DNA of 64,000 nucleotides from Eledone cirrhosa. Lineage: Eukaryota. Made by a program: the position numbers and the translations under genes. Shown one piece after another: positions 25,733 through 39,653 of this stretch (positions are counted from its first letter, which is position 1; every line of letters starts with the position of its first letter). A model generated the notes under the pieces. The model was not told the DNA's origin. It did not search any database and saw only the letters and a list, made by a program, of their open reading frames with translations. Location: assembly GCA_964016885.1 (NCBI GenBank), contig OZ024740.1, forward strand, positions 83,886,001 to 83,950,000, given 5' to 3'.

Positions 25733-28700
25733 ATAAATAATCAAAAGTGTTCCTTACATTGCTCGGAAAGAGTTTTGGGGGTTAAATCCACGTCAAGGTT
25801 CATTGCTCGCAAAAATAGCTTGTTTTGATTTTGCAGCAGGTCAAGGTAGGTAACTCTGGCCGGTGTTAGGGCAGTCTTTCCCGGACAAATTTTTTATTTT
25901 TTATTTTTTTTATCCGCTACGAGATGAGGTTACAACCTTACCATTGTCGATAAGCATGTAATCAACGCTTATTTTGAGATTTTTTTTTGCTGCATCTGTT
26001 TGTCTGAGTCGTTTGAGGCTGGGTCTGGTATGCAAGGATAGTTTCCTGGGTGTTCTTTTGCAGCGCCTGCCCGCCGGGGTGTTAAGACTTGTTGCAGGGA
26101 GATCCGGTGCACGGTTTCACTCCTCATCCTTAACCCATCTGAAGAAGGATATTTTTAAGCGATGTGTACAACTTATCGCTGTTTCAGCTCTGCTGTTGAT
26201 GGGCTCGTGGGGTGCAGTTATGATGTGGTAGAGCTCCATGAGGCAAAGATCGCATTTCCTCTTGAAGTTGTACGGTGCAGCTCTTCCGACAATATCCCAG
26301 TGCGTGGAGAAGCTGATGTTTAAGTCCTTTAGTGATGTGATGTAGTCCGCGAGCGAAGTGGAGTGTATTAGTTTTTTTATTTGTGAAAGAGTGGAGATGT
26401 GTTCGAAACCTAATTTTGAACGGGCCGGAGGTAGCTCCTATATAATGTTTAACGTTATTGTGGCTAGTTATAGTGCATCTATATATAACCCTATCAGTCA
26501 AGCAGTATCCTCTAAGGGGGCGGCGTCCTCTGTCGCGGCAGTTGCAATTTCTGTCGCGGTTCCGTCTATTTCCCACGGTAAGGCCATCATTGTTGCTGCC
26601 TACGTTGTTACCCACGCGACCGCAGCTGTCGTTAGCACCATTACAACCCACAGCACGCGGGGTGGTGCGATTGTTATTCCGCACGTTATGTCCTGCATGT
26701 TCGCCAGTCATTTCGCGGTTATGCTGGTTGCGTCTGCGGATGCCGTTGCCAACACTATTGGATGCTGCCAGGGAGTTGTTAAGGCCGATATAGTTATTGT
26801 CAGGTGTAGGTGCGTCTGAGTCGAGGTGCTGTTTCTTGCTTATCTTACTGTGGTTCGTTGTTCCTATGATGTCTGCTAGGTTAGGAGTGGTAGAGAAGGA
26901 TATTTTTATATTGTTCCTATTAAGAATTTTTCTATACCTATGGTTGGGCGGGAAGTTCTTTTCTAAGGCTTCGAAGAACATCCGGAGTATGTTGAAGGCC
27001 ACACTCCGAGAGTAGGGGGTGGAACCATAGGACGTTACGGTGGCGATTACGTGTCCTTGTACGTTTGCTACGGGTGGTTCCATCTAGGTGACCGCTCTTA
27101 TGTGTGTTAGTGCGCAGTCGCCCGTTCGGTGCCCCTTTCACTTTATGCTCGGGTGCACTCTTCCTACCTCTTCCATGTTTATGTACAGGAAGATGTTGCT
27201 TGGAAGGCGTTGGTAGTAGGCCGTCGCCTTTGTTGGTTTTGTAATAGGGGAATAGTTCGAGTAATCGACAATGGTCACCGTCGCCGGGGTCGTGATCTTT
27301 AGTGCGGTTATCTATTCTATTATATCCGACTTCAACGAGGTCGCCGCGTGATCGGTTATAGGTATGGCTTACTATAACGTTCGTTTTATGAGGGGGTGGT
27401 TTCTAGAGCTACGGTAGGGATGTAGGAAATTCCTCGGTTAAAGCTGGCGCTTATCAAGGCCCTATTGTAGAAATCTGCCGCTTGGTTGAAGATATCCTCA
27501 TTGGCGGATAGTCTCGAGATTCTATGTGAGATACTATAGACTATGTAGTTGAGAGTCTGCTTAGGGTGGTTGGAGGCATAATTAATATAAGAGAGGCACT
27601 CTCTAGGCTTATGGTATGGCTTGTATAAGCCCGTACTCAACTCCAGGGTCACGTCCAAGAAGTTGACAACCTTGTGGTTGAGGTCCATAGTTACGGATAG
27701 GCCGTATGACTTGAAGAACCTGTGTATATGTTTGTTAAGGTTCTCTATCCTACGGGGGCTGTGGTTCCTAACGGTAAACAGGGCGTCGTCCCTATATACA
27801 CCTCCTTGTAGGGCCAGTATCTCTTCCCTAAGCTTATGTAGGAGGTATATCCCGACCAGGTCGGTTGCTTGCGCTGAGTCACTGGACCCCTTCGTGACAT
27901 CGAAGTTATCAGGACGGTTGGTTCTGGTCCAGTGGGAGCCTTCGAACTGGATAATGGTTCTACGCGCCGCTAGAACTATGTCAATTTCTTTTTTAGTGAG
28001 GCTAGTGTTAGATTTAGCTAAGATAAGTGCCTTATTTAAGAGCATGGGGGGGAGATAGAGGCGTAGTAACTATCTATGTCAAACTGGATGAACTTCAGGG
28101 TGGCTTTATCCGGCAACTCGGTGAACTAAATTATGATCTGGTCGGTGTTGCCCCAGAGGCAGACCTTAGCCGTTCTCTTAAGCTCCAGTAGTACTCTGTC
28201 GAGGATCACTTTACTAATCTTACCTATATCTGATGTAGAGAGGCATATTAGTCTAATAGAGGGGCTTTCATTAAAGTCATATTTGTGATCCTTAAGAGAC
28301 AATTTAGGCGTCAGAGGGACGTACGGGTTAGGGTACTTTTCTGTTTCTAAGCTGGTGTCTATAACCTTCCCTGCTCTATTTATGTCATTTAGGGTACTAG
28401 AGGGTGTCTTTTTGTAGTCTTTGTGTAGTTCCTTATAGATGAAATTTTTATACTTACTCGCGTCCATCTTGTACAGCTTTTTGGTTTTGTCGGAGGTGAC
28501 GAAGAGGTGCTGGTCATTCTTGATCTTAGTAATTAGTGTATCAAGGGACGTTAAGAATGGATTGCTGCATTGGTGTTTCTTTCTGAACTTAACGTTTTTG
28601 ATCATTTTCAGTAGGTCCTATTCAAAGGAGTCCAGTAAGGTGTTGTGCGGTGGGTTTCAGTATGTTTTGAAGCCATACCTTTCTTTGTGTTCAGGAAGGT

Positions 28701-29112
28701 TACGGGTGTTCTTATCCAGGTGGTAGGCCTTCCATCTGACTCTCCGTATAAACGAATTAGTAGCGTCTATAAGCAGTTTGAGGTAGGTTTTTCTGCTGGG
28801 TAAGGGGATACACTTGAGAGACATGGGTAACGGCTGGTTCTCCAACATAATGGCAAATAAGGTGAGATGTTCTACAAAGGGGGCACGGTAATACAGTATT
28901 TACGTATCGAGAGAGAGAAAAAATAGGGGAAGATAGGTGATACATATAGTTATTTGCCAAGCAGCGTATGCCAAAGGTGCTCGATACTAGTGCCGGCAGT
29001 ATTAAATATTCGAAGTGTTAATATTTAGTGGGCTAGAGAATTAGCAGAGCGTAAGCACGTGGGAAAGTAAGAAATCGGAGAATAGACCGTTAAAACATGT
29101 TTATTTAAAACA

Positions 29113-29151
29113 GCACCTACGTACGTTTCGCCCAGTGGGCTTCTCAAGGGC
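29113..29151 (-). ncRNA. Minimal hammerhead in the Naiad pLTR, U3:A8 variant
   Basis: GCCC-UUGAGAA-GCCC ACU GGGC-GAAACGUACGUA/GGUGC. Confidence 0.75.
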
Positions 29152-29399
29152 ATAAATAATCAAAAGTGTTCCTTACATTGCTCGGAAAGAGTTTTGGGGG
29201 TTAAATCCACGTCAAGGTTCATTGCTCGCAAAAATAGCTTGTTTTTATTTTGCATCAGGTAAAGGGAGGTAACTCTGGCCGGTATTAGGGCAGTCTTTCT
29301 CGGACAATTTTTTTTTTATCCGCTATATACATATATACATACACACAGACAGACACACATACACACATCTACACAACTACACACACCCACATATATATA

Positions 29400-29933
29400 T
29401 GTAGGTATGGCGGATAGCCGGTTTAAGGAAAGCTTCCTGAATCATCAGTCAACCTTCAGATACCCGGACAAACGATCATCCACGAAGTTCGCGAGCCACG
29501 TATGGTCCCTCAATAACACAGGCGTAGATTACTCCATCCAATGGAACGTTATTACTAAGTCTAAGCCATACAGAAATGGGAATCCGTCTTGTGGGCTGTG
29601 CATTGATACATTGTCCACGTATAGGTGGAAACACCTATTACGTAATTATAAAGCAAAACATTTACTAACAAGAACAATCTATAATTTGAATAACATGAAT
29701 AATTTTCTTCGAGCATCTATCGTTGGTTAACTCCCCTTGGGAAGTGACTGTTTCTGCACATGCGGATTCGTACAGATGCTTTTCTCTTTCCGATCAACCG
29801 CATTTAAACCGAGTTTATTATCCGAATAAGGTAAAACAATTGTGAACTAACTGTCGTGGAACTACGTCTACCAAACCGTCCCATGGACTGAGTGCTCTTC
29901 TACTACGGATATAACCCACCAGTGTTCTACTAT

Positions 29934-29935
<2 letters not shown>
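29400..29935 (+). pseudogene. Naiad-type PLE GIY-YIG C-terminal fragment plus 3' UTR
   Basis: YVGMADSRFKE..NHQSTFRY..SSTKFASHVWSL..YSIQW..PY..CGLC. Confidence 0.75.
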
Positions 29936-29964
<29 letters not shown>

Positions 29965-30341
29965 TGATGTGTGTGTGTGTGTGTGTGTGTATGTGTGTGT
30001 GTGTATGTGTCACTTTTCTAAATTCCATATATATATATGGAATTTAGAAAAGTGACACACGAGTTGATATATATATATAAACAAATAGTAAAAGGAAAGA
30101 AATACAGTAGAAAATGGTGGAGGAATTTTTCAGTATAATAACAAATCATTTATTTATAAAGTGGGTATTTCCGTATCTAATCGTGGTCCCGGTTTCAGCA
30201 TGTTATGCTTTTTCGACTAGGGAAGTGTAAAGTGCAGTTAAATTGTATATTTATACGAATAATAATAAAATGGAGAAGAAAAATGATTAGTTTTTATATA
30301 CATATTTAAAGAGGAATGTTCAGGTTTCGATATATACACAC

Positions 30342-30468
<127 letters not shown>

Positions 30469-31276
30469 AGTGTGTGTAATGCGCGTCGACTTATAAAGAT
30501 TTTGTAATGTAATAGCTAATAGAAAAGAATATGCATTGGCTTAAACAGACAGTAATCTATTTGTATTGTTACTGAGAATATACTGACAGAGATTTTTATT
30601 GGAACTTAATGTATTTGATTTTTGTTTTTTCGCGATTATTCTGCGAGGAAAGAGCCTTTTACCCCTATTCTTCCAAGAACTACATCAGTGACCGAAGAAA
30701 TAATATTTCCGTTATATCTTTATTTGGCTGGTTTAAATTTAAATCTCAAATAGCGTGTCTTATCAATTTTTCTATGTGAGTGAATTTCCCAAGCACTCAC
30801 ATTCAAACGAGTTAATCGAAGGAAAAAATGATAGAGAAAAGCGTGCATCATTGGTAATTAAATTAGAATTCTACCTGTATGCAGTGTAGCAAACAATATT
30901 AGAAATTTCTTTATTTTTTTAAAGATCAGGGCATAAAAGCAATAATCAATATGTTAAAAATGAAAACAAGATATAATCATGCTTTTAAGTTACCAAGTTT
31001 TCAAAATGATTTCCCTTTCAGTATAGAAATTTGTAATTAGTTCTTTACAACATGGCATGGGACGGACATTTTCAATATTCTATATTTAACTATTATTTTC
31101 TGATTTACTGATCACTGCATTTTAATTATAACTAACCAAGGATGATTACAGGTGCAATTTATTAATATATTAATTCGATACAATGACCTGAAATCTTTTT
31201 TTATAATTATCTTTCACTTTGTAGATTACAGATCCCCGTGATTATAGTTAATAAATTTTACTTTTATTTTTCACAG

Positions 31277-31394
31277 AATATTTCGGAAGCGAAGAGATTT
31301 GTGCATTACCCTTATATTTTTCAAAATTCGGCAAGAATGGCAGAAAGAAGAATAATGGGTAGAGCTTGTCCTAAAATCCTAATTTTGTGCAACG
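31277..31394 (+). other. Candidate host-gene exon
   Basis: Polypyrimidine tract + CACAG acceptor and G|GTGAGT donor; open frame NISEAKRFVHYPYIFQNSARMAERRIMGRACPKILILCN (ATG at 31337). No recognisable homology. Confidence 0.3.
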
Positions 31395-31578
31395 GTGAGT
31401 TAAGTTAACAAATATCAAATACAAGTGGTTTGAATTTAAACACTCATTATCAAACAAAACTTACAGCCGTAAAATTCTGCCATTGTACTTTCCAACTCTG
31501 TGCGGTTTTTTATCGACTTTTCTGCAATATATATATCAAACTCTACATGTAAGGCAACATATTTGTTTTTATTAGAAA

Positions 31579-32150
31579 CTAGCAGTGGTACTCGGCGTTG
31601 AACGGGATAAGGTATTTTGGAACGCGAGCCACCAACAGACCTAATCGTGGAAAAGCTGCATGTCTGGACAATATGTAAAGAAAATAAACCGAATACTCTG
31701 ATGGCTGGATAATCTTTAAGATTTTCCTCGATGAAACAGAAAAAATGCAGGTTTTCACCTAATGCGGGCCCTAGGGGATCAGGAAAATAATTTTTTTTTA
31801 TGTGCATAATATGCCTTGAAATTTCGGGAAAAGCGGCTAGACGTAACGCCTCAAAAAGCCCTAAAAAGCTGAAAAAATGAAGTTTTTCACCTAATGCCAT
31901 AAAAAAGTTGGATTTTCTTTGCTCACGGTATGAAAAAGAGACTGACTAATACATAGTTACAATTTCAAGGAAATCGGTCTGACGTAACGCCTCAAATAAC
32001 CCCTAAAAACCTGGAAAAATGCAGCTTTTCATCTAATTCGGGGCCTAGGAGATCAAAAAATAGAATTTTTTTATGTGCATAACACTCCCTGAAACTACCA
32101 TTTATAGCGCTTTCGTCTAGGTGAAGGTAACTAACATACGTTTTATAGCT
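31579..32150 (-). mobile_element. Non-autonomous Helitron 3' portion with internal repeats
   Basis: Minus strand ends CCCGTTCAACGCCGAGTACCACTG-CTAG|T, similar to the 3' end at 53618-53645; GAAAAATG.AG.TTTTCA.CTAAT units recur near 31740, 31870 and 32015. The 5' end is not defined. Confidence 0.55.
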
Positions 32151-34854
32151 TTATGATATTGTGTTGAAATATCGGTTAAACTGTGCAAACGTGGATGAGG
32201 TACATAATTGTCTTGGGACCACTGTTGTTTGCAGGGAGACATTCAGGCTTAATCTCAGGTACACTAACGATATGAATATAGCACAGGTAACCAAGTGTCC
32301 TGCTGTTGCTACTCTATTCCTTGGATATTTAGCTGCCAAACACACATGAACCGAAGGCCACACTGGATAATTTGAAACTTTTTGCTATCACCCCGCTGAC
32401 ACAAACTCACTAGAAGAAAAGTACTCTTGACTACGAGAGATTTTAATTGCTAATTCAAACGCTGCAGGTGATCTGTTACCAGATATGACACCAGGAAACA
32501 ACAATGTTTCTCCGAAGAACTGTTATCCTTAGATACTTTGAGGATTGTCCTCAACTAAGGACACCAAACAGTGCCAACCTTACTGCGTAACGAGGCAATC
32601 GAACGACACTACACGAAGAAGATTTCCAAATGAATGATATGAGTTATTAGGAGATTATTCTTAGCGATATGTGTGTATAGAAGTTCGTAATTTAGCTAGC
32701 CAATATTTTGTCATTGAATGCTGTACCAAACGTCGAACTCTATTTCCTGAATATTGCCAAAGGTCACACAATCTACATCTAGACTAAAACCCAGATACTC
32801 TACTACGACGAGGCTCAACGTCCTCAGTTCTTTAATATTTTGCCAAAAAGCAGTTTTAGTGTGTAAACATGTTTTCTATGTGAATCTTGACCATCTAATG
32901 AGTATTTCTTCAGTAATAAATGTATGTGCCTGCAAATAGTTTGCAATGTTCAGTCAAATAGTGATAGAACATTAACTAATATTAAATTACAATAATTCAA
33001 TAACATTTGACCAGACCGAGGAATATATCAAATATAAGGAAGAAGATTTTTTTATGTGTATTTAAATAAAACCTCTAAAAATTCACTTTTTTGTGTTGGC
33101 TAAATAGTGAGTATAATACCTAACGTCCCTTTCGAAATACGTATGAAGTTGATATTTTATTCTAGTTTTGCAATTTTAGCTTCAATCAAACTAATCATTC
33201 TTGGTCAACAATTTTGATACCAATCCACCAACGTTCTCATCTCTTCTATAAAACAAAACCGCCTATTTTCAAGGTGTTCATATTTAAATTACAAACTTCC
33301 ACTACAAAGCTTTCTGTTGCGTTATGTTACATCTGCCATCTTAATAATAAAATAAATTTAGTAAATCCCTCCAAATATTTCAGTGTTTAATAATCAATCA
33401 GATAAAAGATTTAGAAATCGTTTTTTGGAACTAGACATATGCATATCGAAATGCCTATAAATAAATTTAAAATATCTCGGTGTATGTGACTTCTGACGTA
33501 AATGTATACAGAGCTCTTCCATGATATCGAGGCTGCTGTCATAATATCACCGCTGAAATTTCTCAAATTAAATATAAGCTGAATATTTATATATGTAAAA
33601 TGTTTTATATGAATCCTTATGTAAGTTCATTCTTGATACCAACCTTAGCGTTGTTACTAGAACGTAAAATGTACACTATATATTAATAAGCTTTCGACAA
33701 GATGATTAATAACTTACAAAATATAGAAGTAGCAGTAATAGGATCACAGCTTATAATACTCACGGTGAGACTAATTAGATATTTATTTTTCTTTAACATG
33801 TTATACAGATCTAAATCCATTAGCCTGAATCACGATGTGTTAGCGCTATCGCTAATTTAAACTAGACAGGTAGGATTACTTGCTTCCAATGTTTAAAGAA
33901 CATTTCTTGTAGTAAAACTTAACAAACTTTTATGGGAAGCAATCTAAGTGGTTTGGGTTAATGGACATTGATGCTCATGCTACAGCCATTATCTGTAGTG
34001 CTAGAGAATATGCATTCTAATTCATTCACGGTGTCTGCATTATGTATGTCACGACTAGAACAAATAGCGATGCACAGGACTATGTTGCCCAATTTTAAAA
34101 GCTTTCTAATCTCGGGGCCATTAAAGAAACCCTCTTTAAGGTTTGATGCTCAACGCATGTAATTTAACGTTCAGGTAGCCTAAAAATACACTATAAAATG
34201 TGTCTTTAGCTTTAGATTTATTTTCTGCTGAAATAAACTCTGTTTGATTTAATAGTATATTATATGTTAATATTAATATTGTTAGTCGTCCCAAACAACG
34301 ATAAGAGTTAACTTGATTGGGATTACTATATTTTTAAATATCGAATAATAATGTTATTTTTGAATTAAAATAGCATAACATTAAACTAGAACCGATAAGA
34401 CAAATCTATTGTATTTTTGTATCAATTATTCAAAGGTTGCCAAACAGTGTTCTAATTTCTAAGCCATCAACTGGGTATATTAATATCAATACATGACTGG
34501 ATACATCAACAAATAAAAAGACATACTATAACTTCAATATTAGTACTAAATATACATACACTGTCTGATTTAGTCTATGTTTCGTCAATCTGGACGTATC
34601 ACAGTGATAATGAAATGAATTGTTAGAGATCTTCAAGACCAAACAGAATTTTTCTATGTTTTTTTAGCCGTAGTTTTCATATTCATTACCTACATTTCAA
34701 TTATTATATTATCAATCTTATGTTCCATTTGTGATGACAATATTGCTGCGTCGAAACTGTTTAAACAGTGTAATATGTAGTGCTTAATAATGCGTTTGAC
34801 AGGTTTAGGAGCCAAAATGGTTTCATAAATACGACTGAATTTCACCACCATATG

Positions 34855-34930
34855 TTGACTGGTAATTTATTTGGCTATCCCGAAAAGTTGAAACGCAATA
34901 GCTTTCTCGATGGCATTCGAAATTAGATTT
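34855..34930 (-). mobile_element. Highly degenerate SINE fragment
   Basis: TGACTGGTAATTTATTT..CCCGAAAAGTTGAAACGCAA resembles the reverse complement of the SINE body. Confidence 0.4.
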
Positions 34931-37300
34931 CTAAACCAAAAACTTCAATATATTTTGATCGTGTGATTTAACAGCTGAGACTTTTTTCCTAACAAAACAC
35001 CTCCGCTATGAATAATTTAAACACTATTTTTATTTTCATAATAATACATCAAAGCCTAAACATATTTCATAATTACATTCTGGATAATGTCTGTATTCAT
35101 ATTTCCGAAGATATTTCATTAAATAATGTTTTTTATCCTTTGAGGTACTTCAAAATGAGATCTTATCAATTCCATAATTCTATACTGACTTAAATATTGA
35201 AATATTTGATCATTTTCTACTGCATATATTCAAGACTAATTAAAACGCGAAAGGCATTTTCAGTATATAGCTAACGCAAATTAAGTAGAGAAAGCTGTTA
35301 GGAAGCAATTAAAAACATTTAGTATTCATATACATTGACTTAGTTCAACTGCTATAAAGGAAAATATGCATATGCCGAAACCAAATGTTATTTAATTCAT
35401 AATTGCAAAACGTCGAAGATGTACAAAAATACTTGCATTACTTTCAAATCTCCTCTTCAAAAGAAATCACAAAAAAGTAACACACCAATTATGATTCATT
35501 CAACAGGCTTAGATGTGCACCACATGTGAAAATACAATGTCAACTATAGAATCAAATGCTATACCTATATTCAATGTGACGTTAATCAAGGGTGTGAGCT
35601 CACTGATAGATTGCAGACTCTTCCTTCCAAATTAATATCTTAATGATAATTCACGTGACAGAGAACTTTATGTAACCGATCCACCACGGCATCTCGTATC
35701 TGATTAAAAGTTCTTTAATAGACGAACGTATAACCATTACTCAGAGAGTCTGACAACATACACAGAAAACATACGTCCGTGTGACGTAAAATAAAATTGC
35801 ATTCATGATACATTAATCTCTCAAATTTGTTCATTTAAAGCTCCGATGATATCACAATAAAATGATCTTCCAGTATCTGTGGCAGGGTTGTTATGGAAAC
35901 ACGTCCCCTAGATTATATTTAAAGAGACGCACTACATTGGTTCTCATGGAATTAAAGTTCCTGCATTTGCTTCGTATTTCTGCTTTTTTTTCCTGACAAA
36001 CCAAAAATGACCTTGGCCTTTTCAAGATGGCTTGGTTTATTCTACTACCAATCAGGAATAATTTATTCACTCTTATCTGCCACCACCTATCACTTTCTAA
36101 GAACAAAATAATTACGTTTCTATTCATATATTATCTAATATATAAATCAATAATAGAATTCTGACCTTTGTTATTTCCATTTCAATCTGAATGAAAGGGA
36201 AATCCTTTTCCATAAGTTTTTCATTTCTGATTATATATACCACTGATTACAGATAGATTTTCTGTCACGGAAACATAATAAATAGTTGGTATAGTTAGTG
36301 TAAAGAACATTTGTAGGGAAAATATTTTATAATCGAGGAAAGTTAAAATTTCTATTGATATTTTACAATATTTACATAGTGTGAGATGCCCAACAAAATA
36401 TAAAGATTTGGATATATAGTGATTTATGCCAAATAAATGTTACTAATTACTTCATAGTTTCCGCTGAGAATTACCTGCAAACAATAGTTCCCGCTCTTCT
36501 AAGTGGTTTCTCCTGTCATTTCCACCGTCTTTCCACCACATTGCCGAAATACATTAACTATTCCCCGCTGAATCTATGACATTTTTTTTATTATGAGCCA
36601 CTTCATTGGCTGGGTGGTGTCATTGGTATCCTTCACTTGCGAAATATTTTTCATATTTTAATATAAAACTATAAAACTAAACTGTGTTTAAATGAAATCA
36701 TTGATAGAATTAAGAAATTTTGTTTTATTTTGCTCTCATATATCACTGACCTGATATCTTTTGAATACTAAGTATCCAGTTCAATTTCCTATCATTGACA
36801 TACCGAAGCGCTAATTTTATTAGCAATAGGAAATTTGAAATATATTATTTGAGTGAAAACGTCAGTATAAGTATTCTTTAAGCAATTATTTGAGTCTTTG
36901 CTTGTCAGCTCAGTTCAAGATGGCAGATTATTAAATCATCTACATAAAGATAATCAATTATTTAACATGTCATTCGAAAATACCAAACGCCAATCCTGCA
37001 AAATGAAATAAGTTAGTATAGATTGATTGTAAGAAACGCATACACGAGAAACTTATATAAGTTCAAAAGAAATATCAGAAAATGATTAATATAATAATGT
37101 AAATGGAAAAACTTTGAGCCAATTTCAGTCAACCAAATTTCGGTTAACTCAATGCTAATGACATTGCTGTTAACATATATTTCACTGTAATTGTACTGAC
37201 GCAGATCAAAATAATTACAGAGAGAATTAATTTAATTTCAAGGCAATTCCATTTTCTTGCACAAAATAGACTTATTGGTTTCACTAATTAAACTGCTATA

Positions 37301-37402
37301 ATAATTGTTTCTACTTTTTGGCACAAGGCCAGCAATTACCCAGTGCATTACTGGTACTTTATTTTATCGACCCCGTAAGGATGAAAGGCAAAGTCAACCT
37401 CA
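37301..37402 (-). mobile_element. 3' half of the tRNA-derived SINE
   Basis: Reverse complement of the SINE body and tail (CTGGTACTTTATTTTATCGACCCCGTAAGGATGAAAGGCAAAGTCAACCTC). Confidence 0.85.
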
Positions 37403-39189
37403 GCTATAATAATAGAGCAATGAATGTAAAGGTGTTTACCCAATTATCACATACCCAGTGTTATTCTATTCCTGTGATTAATAGTTATGTGGTTATTAAA
37501 ATGGAATTAGTCAATATGTCATACAAACTTGATTACTCCCAACATATCATAAAATATCACTCTATGGGTACCTGGCTGAGAGTGTTCAGATTATGTCATA
37601 ATGGTTAGCTTTCAGATGAGCAAAGCTGCAATGTTATTCCAACGTCTATAAAAGCTTTCTTTTAGCTCGAGTAGTGTTTCAAGCGCCACTTCTTATTTTC
37701 GTTGCGAGACTTGTATATATAGGGATCTATTTTAAATTAATTTAGAAGACAACAGGTCATAATCAAAGCGACACTTAGTATAATTAGCAAATTTTATGCT
37801 AAAGAATGAGGATTTCGATTTCATTTTAAAACATTTCTTGACAAAATGTGTAATATATCTCCAGACTTCAGAGAAGAGAAATACAGTGAATGACAAGCAA
37901 ATGTCAACGAGGCTCATTAGCTGAGTCGGAAGAATTATTGTGTGGTGACATAAAATATGCCACAGATAAACAAAATAGAAAGTAATATTTGCATATCCAC
38001 AAGGTCTTATTTCTGCATTTTCACCAGTAGAACAGAATAGGGAGTACTGTATTTGCATATCCACAAGATCTTATTACTTCATTTTCACAAGTAATGTTCA
38101 ATCTTATTCAGTGTATGAAATAGAATTATTCTTAAGACATAGTCAAACAATTCGTTATAGGCTGTGTAACACGTGATTAGAAATCCACATAGATAGTTAA
38201 TTCAAAGGCAATAATCATTAACGTTCGTGTGAAAGGACAGCCTAAATATAAGTCATAAACAATTAACAATTCTTAAATATATAAAAGGAATCATTTATAA
38301 TAAATCGCTAGACTAAGACACCAATAGAAGTTTTCAATGTTTCGTGTTTAGAGAAATAATTTAAACAAAGTGCATAAAGAAAGAACGAATATACTTTGGG
38401 CAATTGTCATTTGTTTTGCTAAGCACGCACCTGATGCTAATGCTAGTAAAGATTTAATTTCTAGTCCTTGTAGACGGATGAAGAAGAATGTGTATCTGAG
38501 AAAATACTTGAGTTGTAAATCTATAAGTTGCAAATTAGCATGTAACAGTATTGTTTACATTAGTTTGTGTTGAAATTGACATTTTGTTAAATTTGATATT
38601 TTTCAGGATGCAGCTTAGTTTGAGGTTTGCTTCTCTATCGAAGATATTTAAAACACCAAAGAACCTTGGAAAATAGTTCAATAAAATATTTAATGCAGAA
38701 TGTGCGGAGTTAATTCAATTTATATAAACATCCTATTACGATAATATAACTTGTCCAGAAACTATTAAATATTTAATGACAAATTATATACGCTATTTTA
38801 AAGGAACAACCTCATTAATTTGTTTAAATATATCCTCGTATGCTTGCATCAGGGATCAGGAATCAATCGTACTTACAAGCACACGCACACACTTTTCTTT
38901 CATATACACACATCTTAGCTTCGTACGAACGTATAATAACACACACACATACACACACACACACAGAAACACACATGCATACGCGCGCGCACAAGTATAG
39001 CTCTTTATAAAAATCAGTTTTTTTTCCATTTCAAGTAGACACGTTCTATAAAAATAAATGATCCACAAAACGCCAGCATCAACAGTTTTCCAAGAGATGT
39101 CAACATGAATGGACCTGTTATTTTTATCTAAAGACATCTTTTCCAATTCCAACCTGCCCGTCCCTTCAATCTATCTTATTTCTCATTCT

Positions 39190-39227
39190 TTATTCTGATG
39201 AAGAACTAGCTTCCGAAACGTTAAGAC
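39190..39227 (+). ncRNA. Minimal hammerhead-like motif
   Basis: CUGAUGA-AGAA CUAGC UUCC-GAAACGUU; stem I is weak. Confidence 0.5.
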
Positions 39228-39354
39228 CCTCTTCCTGCTATTTCAACCGTTAACCTTATATATTCCCTTCCATATACTGTACCGATTGTGTTGTTATTTC
39301 TGTTTACCTTTTACATATAGATATTTGACTTACGTATGCTTGTATAGTTTAGTG

Positions 39355-39385
<31 letters not shown>

Positions 39386-39595
39386 ATGTATGTATGTATT
39401 TATTTAAGTTTGTTGGTTGACCACTGGATACAATTGGTCATGCTGTATGGTCAATCTCGATGTAATATTATGGAGAGTACTCAACATAATGCAGCTCACC
39501 GTCTTCGTTTGTGCAGTTGGTGGTGCGAGTACGGAGATAATTATTATAATAAAATAACTGGAGGCTGGACTTGTGTAAATCCTTGAAGGTTTATT

Positions 39596-39653
39596 ATACT
39601 ATGATCATTTCAATGACCGGGTTCCGTATGAATCCGGTGATATCATCAGGTAT
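39596..39653 (-). ncRNA. Type I hammerhead ribozyme (copy of 10872)
   Basis: AUAC-CUGAUGA-stem II-GAAAUGAUCAUA/GUAU; the flanks 39560-39672 match 10838-10950. Confidence 0.8.

Larger units (their letters stand above)
25636..29325 (-). mobile_element. Near-complete decayed Naiad-type Penelope-like element with direct pLTRs (25636-25919 and 29056-29325)
   Basis: Frameshifted ORF about 28848 to 26117: SLKCIPLPS..IRRVRWKA, SDKT, KDHK, SIRLI, YRDD, VNFLDVT, SNHP, NCNCR..PL.G.C, IY..HYIG..FK.R, CDLC. Confidence 0.9.

Noticed and set aside
26117-28848. Selenoprotein-type Naiad (in-frame UGA at Cys positions plus SECIS)
   Set aside because: The Zn-finger Cys codons I checked here and at 57650-57700 and 60690-60730 are TGC/TGT or a missense change, not TGA; the stops look like decay.
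30183-30219. Hammerhead-like motif (-): UCGAAAA-AGCAU/AUGCU-GAAACCGGGA
   Set aside because: U4 and the cleavage triplet are mutated and stem I is unclear; a degenerate relic at most.
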